Of a stretch of 38,337 nucleotides of DNA, positions 19,714-29,169 are shown piece after piece. Made by a program: the position numbers and the translations under genes. The notes under the pieces are model-generated. The model did not search any database. It saw only the letters and a program-made list of their open reading frames with translations, and was not told where the DNA came from. Origin of the DNA: Chrysochromulina tobinii (lineage: Eukaryota); assembly GCA_001275005.1 (NCBI GenBank), contig JWZX01002744.1, positions 1 through 38,337 on the forward strand. The letters are read 5' to 3'. Numbering within the stretch: the first letter of the stretch is position 1; each line of letters starts with the position of its first letter.

Positions 19714-20457
19714 GCGCTTGTGGAAAGTACAAAGAGATCTTTTTGGTTTGAGCACCCTGGACGGTGAGACTTTGTGTTTGAAACCGCAGTTTTCTAGCCA
19801 GGTAGCCTATTTCTAACGTCAGTTTCATGATTTATATATTTTTTGAGTGACACGACGTCATTTAGGTCATTAAGTTCCGGGTTCGTTTCGTTCGTTCGGC
19901 GGTTTCTAACGCGTAACGGACGCCACGTTGGCCACGTTCTCGGCGAGCGGAGGGCGAAGCACGTGATCGTGAAAACCACAACATGAAAACCAGGTGCCCC
20001 GCCCCGCCCGAGCGTGCCAGCTTCTCCACCGGGATCCCGGGGGTCGCAGGTTCAACGTTCGGCGTTCGCGCGGTTACGGTTCGACGTAACGACCAGCGAC
20101 CACACGTTCGTCAACGTCCGGAGGACCGGCGCGGAGGAGCGGTTGGGATGGAATGCTAGTCGTGTATAATAGTTACCACCCCAATGGTGCGGACGCGGAA
20201 CGGCAAAATGGGGTACTGTCCACGTAAAAACACCAGGACGCGACGAGTCCGCTCTACTCCGATCGCGGGCCGGTGAGCTCCAGACCTCCAGTGCACACCT
20301 GGAACAACGAATCAAAACACTACGATCCAAGCGATGCAGTTCTGCGGAGCGCTCTCCTTCCCCCGCAGGCCAGCCCAAGCCGCGCTCACAGAGGACAGAG
20401 GACTGGACTGTGTGCGGACCGTGCGACCCTGTGCGGCGTGTGTGCACCAGACGTGGG

Positions 20458-23196
20458 CTAGGGCGAGCGCAGACCGCTATCAAACGGCATGCCCGCCTCA
20501 GCCGCGATCGTTTCGAGAGTGTCGAGAATCCGTGCAAAGTCGGGTCGCTGCTTCGCCTCGAAGGCCCAGCATTCGCGCATCAGGGCAGCGAGGGCAGGCG
20601 GGTAGTGCGCCGCGTCAGCGGGCAATTCGGGCCTTGGGAGTAGATTGGTGATCACGCCCATCACGACCTGGGCCGCTGCGTAGCCGCTATACGGTAGCTG
20701 GCGCGTCATGAGCTCGAAGAGGAGCATCGCATACGAGTACGTATCGGCCTTCTCATCCCTGGCATCCCCTTTGAGGACCTCCGGCGCCGTCCACATCGGA
20801 GATCCCATTCGGTCGGTGCGCACGTCCGCGCCGAGTTTCAGATGGGCTAAGCCAAAGTCGCACACCTTCGCGTGCCCGTGCGCATCGAGCAGCACGTTGG
20901 CCGACTTGAGGTCGAGGTGCAGCACTGGTGGCTTGCAGCAATGCAAGTAGAAGAGGCCGAGCGCGACCTGTCGCGCTATGGTGAGCATCCGGAGCAACGG
21001 CAGTGGCGCGTCCGCCTGGCGCAGCAGGTCATAGAGCGACTGCGGGCAGAACTCGAAGAGGATGCATAGGTTGTCGGGCTCAACGCAGCCTCCCAAGAAG
21101 CGGACGATGTGGTCGTGACGTGCATTCGAGAGGATGTCCATCTCGGCGAAGAACTGTTGCACCTCCCGATCCTCAACGGAATGAGAACCGAAGAGTCTCT
21201 TGACGGCGACGCGCGATCGTCGCCATTGTGCCTCGTATACCTCCCCGTACGCCCCCGCACCCAGCCTCCTCCCAAATTTGAGCTCAGACGCATCTATGGC
21301 CCACGAGGCCACGCCCACCAACGACGGTTGCGTGTGATGCGAGATGGCGGCAGAGGGCACGTCGGGCATCGAGGTCGAGGGCTTCAGCAGGGCTGCGGAC
21401 GCATCCACAGCAATCCTGGCGGCGTGCGAGGCAGCCTCTGCCTCCTCCTTCGTCTTGCCTGCAGCCATCGCCGCGGCTCGCGCATCATTGCCTGCCTTGA
21501 TGCGCGCGACGATCAGCGAGGGCGGCGTCGGAGGCTGGCGGCCGTCGTCATCAGGCCGATTGCCCTCAACGGCTGGCGTCGAGAGCTTGCTAAAATCCAG
21601 CTTGCCCAGGCCGAGACCGCCCAACTTCAACCCAAGTCCAAGGCCACCACTCCCGCCGCCGCCTTCGCTCTCGAGGCCGAGCGCCGCGCCCCTGCCCAAC
21701 CCTGCCTTCGCCAGCCCGAGCGCAGGCAGCACTGGCATCGACTTGGGGCGGGAGAGCGAGGCAACGTTCGAGCTACGGTCCGTCGAGTCCTGATCATCGT
21801 TCGTCAATGCTCCCCACCGGAACGGGTCCGCGAGAAAGTTGCCCCATCCGTCCATAGGCACGCCGCCAATGGATTTGGGTGGGGGGCCTGCCCCGCGCTG
21901 TGGGGCGGCAGCAGCTGCAGCAAGGAAGGCGATGGCCTTGCGCGACGCCTCGGCGGCATCCTCCACGTCGCTGTCATCCTCACTGCTTGAGTGGCAGCTT
22001 GAGTACATCGAGCCGCTGAGCAGCACATGGGCATCGGCGGCGGGCACAGCCGAGGGCGGCGCGGCCTCGGCGGCGCGCGCGGCGGGCGCGAGCGCGGGCG
22101 CGAGAGCGGTGGCCCGGGGCGGCTGCTTCTTTGGCGGCTGAGCCCGCGTCTCAGTAGCCTCGTCCCTTGCACCAGGAGAGCCGGGCCTCGACGAGGCCCT
22201 CGAGGAGCGCTGCGAGCCTGTGCGCGACGAATTGTCGCCTGCCCGAGGGGAGCGAGGCGATCCGCGAGGCGAGGGGCGAGGCGAGGGGCGAGGCGAGGCG
22301 CGGGGGGAGCCTTGCCTCGAGGAAGGCTGAGAGGGACCACGCGACCCCTGCCCACCACCACCGCCGCCGCCGGCGCTGGCAGCGTTCCTCTTCGCTACCG
22401 CTGTCGTCGCCGCGGCGGCGACCGTCAGGGCCTTGGGCAGCAGCGACGGCGCCGCCGAGGGAACCAAGGCCGCTGCAGCTGCAGGGAGCCGTTGCGATTT
22501 CGGGAGTGGCGTATCGATCCTCTGTGGCCTCCCCAGTGAGGGCGGACAGCTCCACGGTAAGCTGAGGATGTCCATCTCGGCGGCTGCCATGCGCATGGTC
22601 TCTTGAGCGGTTTGGTCCATCCCTGGGTGCGGCAGGCGCCATGCTGTCTGGGGAGCGTCGAGGTCCAGATTGGGCAGGGTACGGAGCCCTCCATCGATCA
22701 GCAATTCCTCGAGAGCTGCGCGCGTGCCCACAGCGGCGGACGATGAGCCGTTTCCACCCGCGGCGTTCTCAGAGCCATTGGCCTCGCGCTTGCCGGACCC
22801 AATCCGCTCTGGCGATTTGCCCTTGCCTGCATGCTTGCGCCGCCCCCCCGCCGGTGCCGACAGCGTTCGCCGTTGGTACGCCGCCGTTGGAGACTTTACA
22901 CCGACTGCAGGAGGACGGTTGCTACTGCTCTTTTCCGGCTTCAGTGCAGCGCCGCCCGCTGCGCCCGCCGTGCCGCGTAGGGCCCGCGAGGGGCTTGGGT
23001 GCCGGGAGACATTCGCTGACGTCGAGCCTGGCCGGGATCCCGGCCGGTGCGGCGACAGCGAAGACCAGTTGTCGGCACCTCGTGGACGGCCACCGTTCCA
23101 CGGCGGGTGGTTCGGCTTGCTGCCCGCACGTGGAAAGGTGAGCCCAGCCGCTGGCTTGCGACGCATCGCGGCACCTAGGCTAGGCGCCGGCGGCAT
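20458..23196 (-). CDS. Tyrosine-kinase-like (Raf/CTR1-like) Ser/Thr kinase with a long low-complexity N-terminus
   Basis: GAGAYGEV, VAVK, HLDLKSANVLL, DFG, GSPMWTAPE, CW...RP. First in-frame ATG at 23196. Confidence 0.88.
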   Translation of the reverse strand: MPPAPSLGAAMRRKPAAGLTFPRAGSKPNHPPWNGGRPRGADNWSSLSPHRPGSRPGSTSANVSRHPSPSRALRGTAGAAGGAALKPEKSSSNRPPAVGVKSPTAAYQRRTLSAPAGGRRKHAGKGKSPERIGSGKREANGSENAAGGNGSSSAAVGTRAALEELLIDGGLRTLPNLDLDAPQTAWRLPHPGMDQTAQETMRMAAAEMDILSLPWSCPPSLGRPQRIDTPLPKSQRLPAAAAALVPSAAPSLLPKALTVAAAATTAVAKRNAASAGGGGGGGQGSRGPSQPSSRQGSPRASPRPSPRPSPRGSPRSPRAGDNSSRTGSQRSSRASSRPGSPGARDEATETRAQPPKKQPPRATALAPALAPAARAAEAAPPSAVPAADAHVLLSGSMYSSCHSSSEDDSDVEDAAEASRKAIAFLAAAAAAPQRGAGPPPKSIGGVPMDGWGNFLADPFRWGALTNDDQDSTDRSSNVASLSRPKSMPVLPALGLAKAGLGRGAALGLESEGGGGSGGLGLGLKLGGLGLGKLDFSKLSTPAVEGNRPDDDGRQPPTPPSLIVARIKAGNDARAAAMAAGKTKEEAEAASHAARIAVDASAALLKPSTSMPDVPSAAISHHTQPSLVGVASWAIDASELKFGRRLGAGAYGEVYEAQWRRSRVAVKRLFGSHSVEDREVQQFFAEMDILSNARHDHIVRFLGGCVEPDNLCILFEFCPQSLYDLLRQADAPLPLLRMLTIARQVALGLFYLHCCKPPVLHLDLKSANVLLDAHGHAKVCDFGLAHLKLGADVRTDRMGSPMWTAPEVLKGDARDEKADTYSYAMLLFELMTRQLPYSGYAAAQVVMGVITNLLPRPELPADAAHYPPALAALMRECWAFEAKQRPDFARILDTLETIAAEAGMPFDSGLRSP

Positions 23197-23605
23197 GGAG
23201 GGCAGTCCTGGGGGCGCCGCGGTGCCCTGGGCGGCGTGCTGTGTCGATGATTGGAGAGGCGTTGATTTTTTCACATGAATTGAAGTCCCAGAGTACTAGG
23301 ACCCCGAATCTCTTGGAACTTCCGCCCGGGCGGGGAGGCCGGTGCCGTAATGCGGAGCCTCGTGTACGCGTTCCGCCACACATACGGCACACTCGCACAG
23401 TTCGCAAAGTCATACATACAGAGTCCCGCACCATAACCATGCCTGCGCGCACGGCGCACATCTAATCATCCGCTCGATTGTGTATTGTCAGTCCCACTGT
23501 CCCACTCTGCTGTGCGACGCAACCGCTCGAAGAACCTCTGAACAGCTGCGATTCTCCTCGAGGCGGGGGTCGGGCGAGACTCCCCCCTGCCGCTCATCTC
23601 CCAAC

Positions 23606-24873
23606 CTACTTTTGGGATCCGTCGATCGTGGGCTGCTGCGGCGGCGCCGGCGCGCGCTGCGACGACGAACTCTGCTGCGCCTGCGACTGGCCCGAGTTTT
23701 TGATCGTCCAGTCGAAGTTGTGGTCGTACGCGTAGCCCTCGCGGAAGAAGAGGTCCTTGAACATCTTGCGCAGGTACGAGTAGTCGGGCTTGTCGGCAAA
23801 CTTGAGCGAGCGGCAGTAGTTGAGGTACGTGCCAAACTCGGATGGGTACGAGCGGCACAGCGCCTCGACGGGCGTCGACATCTTCTTCTCGGAGATCATG
23901 TCGTACTTCTGCTTCTTGGTCGCGGCCTTGAGGCCCTGCCACGGCAGCGAGCCTCGCAGGAAGTACATGAGCACGTAGCCGAGTGCCTCAAGGTCGTCCC
24001 TCCTGCTCTGCTCGATGCCCAGGTGTGTGTTGATCGACGCGTAGCGAGCTGTGCCCGTGAGGTTCTTGTTCTCGCGGTACGGGATGTGCTGGTGCGTCTT
24101 CGGGTCGCGGTACTTTTTGGCCAGGCCGAAGTCGATGCAGTGGATCAAGTTGGCCTTGCGGCCCAAGCCAATAAGGAAGTTGTCGGGCTTGATGTCGCGG
24201 TGAATAAACGACTTGTAGTGGATGTATTCAATGCGCTGCAGCAGCTGGTCGGCGATCATCAGGATCGTCTTCAGGTTGAACTTCCTGCACAGCCACACGC
24301 GCATGGCACATGCGAGGGTCGGTGATTGAGGAGGGGATCGGTACGCAGCAGCCTCGTGCAAGCGGCGCAAGACACGCCAGAAGCGGGGTCAGGCCGATTG
24401 GACATGGCGCTTGCCCGCCGCTTCCACCACACTTCCATCAAAGCCAGCCCCGAGTGGCGGCGCGGGCCAACGCAGCGCGACCGTCGAGCACCACGAGCCG
24501 CGTCCACTCATGGAGCCTCGGCGAGCGAGCAGGCGCCTATCGCAGCGGCGCGAGTCCGAGGGGCAGCGTGCCTGTCGCAGAAGTTGAACAAATCCTCGAG
24601 CGAGGGCCCGAGCAGGTCCATCACCATCACGTTGTAGTCGCCCTCCACGGTGAACGAGCGGACGGTGGGGATGCCCACGCCGCCGCCCAATATCTTGTAG
24701 AGCTTCGACTCGTACAGCAGCTGCGGGTGCTTGCTCTTGATCGACTCGAGCTTGATGGCCACCTCTTCTCCGGTGGAGATGTGCGTGCCGAGGTAGATGT
24801 CACCGAACGAGCCGGAGCCAATCTTCCGACCGAGACGGTACTTGTTGGCTACCCGAATCTCCATGGTCGCCAT
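23606..24873 (-). CDS. CK1: Casein kinase 1 (2 exons, GC-AG intron)
   Basis: [50 protein letters not shown]. Exons 24873-24572 and 24284-23606 join to give FNFCDRKFNLKT. Confidence 0.97.
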
Positions 24874-25284
24874 GGCGCTGCGGCGGGAGCGCCCCTGCCT
24901 GCACACCCAAGGCACGAACAAAGGTCAACAAAGTGGTGACGGTGCGTGGAGCACGCCCACAATGCATGGCGGCCGCGCGGAGATGGCGGCCATGCGACGT
25001 CCAGCGTCCAGCCTCCAGATAGCTCTCCGCAACTCCCGGCGCGCACAGCCGCAGGGACCGCGGCAGGGGACGCGCCGCCAGCGAGCGCTCGGGACCGTCA
25101 TTCGCCACGGCCGAGCGCCGCCGCCTCCAGCTGGGTTGCGCCGCCTGGCGCTCGGCGCGGTGGCTGCGGATGGCTCGCTGCATGTCAGGCCGCACCACCC
25201 AGGCCCGAAAGGAAGCCAGAAAGCCGCGCGGGCAGGCAAAGGAACGGCGGCAGCGGGTCACCCTCCGGCCCTGAAGAGCAACTG

Positions 25285-28200
25285 ATGAAATCATCAATCA
25301 TCAGTGTTGCGCCAAAGTTTGACCCGCAAGCGAGCTCAAGCCCTCTTGTGACATACCCCATCAACATGCTCACCAACAACATTGGGGCTCGGTCGCCCAG
25401 CGCCGCGCATCTGGAGGGGCTCGCCGCGGGGGTCTCGGCGGTGTTCGCGGCGGAGGTGCAGACTGCGTGCGCCACCAAGCAGCGCGAAGGGCGCGCCAAG
25501 GATCGCACCGCCTGCCGCGAGGCGTTCATCGGCGGAGAACCGTGCGTATTCGGTATGGTCGCTGAAGGGCTGGGCAGCACGCAGGTGGTGGACTGGGTGC
25601 ACGTGAATGCCCTTCCGACGTTCGTGCACTTTGCGGGCCACGACCCCAGCGCCACCTCCATGCTCCGCGCCGGTCAGCAGACCTTTGCCGCCTTGCACCA
25701 GGAGGCGCTCAGGATGGTGCCCGAAACTGGGCGCTCAGGGTGCACGCTCACGCTGTGCGCGATCAACCGCACGCGAAGCGAGCTGACGACGATCAACATC
25801 GGCGCGTGTGCCGCCGTCCTCTTCGCCCGCGACCGCGTCACACGCCTCACGGACGACCACCGAATCCAGGTGAACGCGCAAGAGCAAGAGCGGCTCAAGG
25901 CGTCGGACATCCTCGTATCCCGTGCGCAGGACGAGCTCGGCGCCCCCGTGGGCGCGCTGCGCGCGTGGCCGGGCGGCCTGCTGTGCGCGCGTGCGCTCGG
26001 GCGCGTCGGCCCCGCCTTCGTGCTCCCACGCCCCTCGTGCTCGAGTATCGTAATCCCGCAGGAGTTCATCCGCTGCGATGTGCTCATCTGCTCGGACGGC
26101 GTGTGGGACGAGCTGCTCGTGAGCGCGGTGCACGCGATCGCGCTCTCGTGCCCGTCGGCCACGTCGGCCGCCCAGCTCGTCGTGTCGTCCGCCGCCGCGC
26201 AGCACAAGTCGTACGACCAGCGCGGATACGGGCAGCCTCGCGACGACTCCTCATGGTATGTGGATCCCCACCCCCCTTCCTCCCCTGTCGCCTCAAGGCT
26301 GCACGCCTCGGATCACCCCTGGCATCCCTATTGCTTCCCCTCACCCCCCCCCTCACCCCGCGACGCCTCGCACGTTCCCCGCTCGACCCCCACCCCCTAC
26401 CCCTTCCCCCCCTTCCCCTTCCCCCTCGCCTCGCCCCCCTCGCCCCTGACCACCCCTCGCCCCTGACCACCCCTCGCCCCTGACCACCCCTCGCCCCCCG
26501 TTGGCAGCGTGGTGCTACGGGTTCTGCGGGGCAAGCTGGATCACTCGCCGCGCTCGCCACGCTCGGTAGGAGGCTCGCCGCGGGTGCTCGCAGGCATGGC
26601 ATCTGCCTCGTGGGGCTGGTGGAGGGGGGGCGGCCCCGACGACGCCAAGAACAAGCGCACGAAGCACACCGACATCACGCCGACCGCTTCCACAATGAGC
26701 ACCACTCCGAGCATGTCGACCCCGGGCATGTTGACGCCGGCCGTCTTCGAGAGCAGTTGGAAGGGCGGCTCCCCGCTCGAGGGCAACAGCGGCGCTGGAA
26801 GTGACGATCTCTCCAATGGGTCCAATCACTCGAACCACTCGGCCTTCTACTCGGACGGCGTGCCGGACGAGGGCGCCCACCACGACGCCTCGTTGGCCGC
26901 GCCGCAGGCGCGCTCGATCAAAGGCCGTTCGAGCCTCGCGAGCCCCGAGGGCGTGTCGCTCGTGCCGACGAACCTCATCGAGGGCAGCAGCAGCAGAGAG
27001 GCGGCGCACACCGCACTCCTGCGACAAGCCGACGCTGGCGCGAGCGTCTCCAGCCTCCTCAGCTCGATGAGCGCGCAGACGCGCCAGCATTACTCGATGG
27101 CCACGCTGCCCGCGGACCGCGCTGAGCATGCGCGGCTCCTCGCCGCCCTCCGTGGGCGCTCCGGCAAGACGCCCGCGCTCTCGGCTTCCTATGCGACGCT
27201 CCCGCCGCTGCATGTGGGCGCACCTCTCGACCGGTGCGGCGTGCGGATCGCGCTGCGCCCGCACCGGCAGGCGCTCGGCGCGATCACATCGGTCCTCGCT
27301 GAGCTCGGGATCCTGATCTCCTTTGCAGCCACGTTCAGCACGACGAGCGACGAGGAGCTTCATGTGTACACGACCAGCCTGATGTGTGACGCCGTGGCGG
27401 CTCAGCTGCGCGTGCGCCTCGCGGCGGTGCTCGCGCTCGCGCCGGACGCGGTCGCCATCCAGGCCGCTGCTGACGCCCATCCACCTGTGCCTCAGACGGC
27501 GCCCGAGACGGCGCCCGAGGAGGTGGCCTCGGCCATGGTGTGCTTGCAGCAGTTGAATCTGCAGCAGCACGCCACCACGCCGCGGCCGCCCGCGCCGCGG
27601 CCGCCGCCGCCGACCCCGGAGCAGCCGCAAGCCCTTGCGCCGCCGCGGCTGGCCGGCTCTCAAAAGCCGATCACGGGCCTCACGTCGGAGGATCTATGCT
27701 CGATGTACTCGGAGTTCGCGCCGCTCGATGGGCTCGAGGTGCATCGCATGCTCGGTGAGGGCTCGTCCTCGCAGGTGTGGCAGGGCACGTGGCAGGGCGC
27801 CTTTGGGCCCGAGCCGGTCGTGCTCAAAGTCCTGCGCCGGAAATCCCCGGAGGAAACCTTCTTGAAGGAGGTGCACGTGTGGCGTCAACTGAGCCACCCT
27901 TGCGTGTGCGCGCTCCTCGGCGTGTGCCTGCACGAGCAGTGTCCCGCGATCGTGCTCGAGCATCAGAGCTGCGGCTCGCTCTACGACCTGCTGCACACGA
28001 CGCCTCGCTTCTCTGTGACCGGCGAGATGGGTGACCACTCGCGTATGGGGGCCGCCCACGGCGTCACGACCGGCGCGGAGGCCATGGAGACGGAAGCGCC
28101 CAACGCAGCCGGCAGGTGGGGGGGCTCGGGCGCCCGCGCCGAGATAGTGCCCGAGATATTACCCGAGACGCCCGCGCGCCTCGCCGCCGAGGCCGCGCTC

Positions 28201-28755
28201 AGCGCCCGCCTCGTGGCCGAGGTGGCGCTCGCCCTCGCGTACCTTCACTCGCGAGGGGTGATGCACCGCGATGTGAAGACGTGCAACGTGCTGCTCGACG
28301 CGCAGCGCCACGCGAAGCTCTCTGACTTTGGGGTCGCCACCTACCTGGTCCCCGGTGCGACGGACGACGAGCGCTTCTGCTGCGCCGAGTACACGGCCGA
28401 GACGGGCACGTACCGGCAGATGGCGCCCGAGGTGATCCTGCACAAGCCGTACAACCACAAGTGTGACGTATATTCGTATGGGATGCTGCTGTGGGAGACG
28501 CTGCACCGGCGGCTGCCGTTTGAGTCCGCGACGCCGCTGCAGGCCGCCTTTGCTGTGGCTATGCAGCTGGCGCGCCCGCCGATTGAGCTGCGCGACGAGC
28601 TGCAGCCGTACGCGCCCATCATCACCGCGTGCTGGGACGTGGAGCCCGCGGAACGGCCTGAGATGGAACAGATCGTCGAGCTCGCGGCTGAGATGGTGCA
28701 CGTGCTGGAGGCGAGGCATGCCCAGATCCTCGCACATGCCGACGTAGCGTGCTAG
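25285..28755 (+). CDS. Fusion protein: degenerate PP2C phosphatase + ACT-like domain + TKL (STY-like) kinase, 2 exons
   Basis: Exons 25285-26255 and 26508-28755 join to give PRDDSSCVVLRV. PP2C: SGCT, LTDDH, RAWPGGL..ARALG, CSDGVWD. ACT-like: LGAITSVLAELGILI...FST. Kinase: HRDVKTCN, DFG, TAETGTYRQMAPE. Start codon uncertain. Confidence 0.85.
26330..26499 (+). repeat. C-rich intronic tract with an 18-bp tandem repeat (CCCTCGCCCCTGACCACC x3)
   Basis: Runs of C throughout; repeat units at ~26438-26491. Confidence 0.8.
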
Positions 28756-29169
28756 CGCACACGCCGTTTCTTTCTATGTATCCGTACGTTACTGGGATTA
28801 TGGCAGCCCCGTGAGCCATGTCCAGGGGAGAGGGGACGGGAGGGCTTCCCGGCACGCGGTACCGCGGTGGGACTCCGAGCCTTGCGTACTATTGTATCAT
28901 GGGGAGCGTCGACTTTCCGGATTCACCTAACGTAACGACTAACGTGCACGACTTTACGCGGCGCGGTATGGCACTAATATTGTAATAAGTCGAATATGGA
29001 ACCTCACAGACGTTTCTTAATCATATATTAAATAACCGCGTCCGCGCCGCGCGCACTTGGCACCTTTCATGACTTACTTTGACTTATCCTGTGCAGTGTC
29101 GTGTTTCGGTTCTGAGTCGGCGGACCCGCCCCCCCCCCCCCTGAGAGGCAGCCCAGAGGCTCTCAGATC

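Noticed and set aside
20029..20095. tRNA-like fragments (GGTCGCAGGTTCAA, GGTTCGA)
   Set aside because: No T-stem closure and no cloverleaf could be built.
20458..28755. Three adjacent kinase genes as a functional cluster
   Set aside because: They belong to different families and orientations, and kinases are abundant; there is no evidence beyond proximity.
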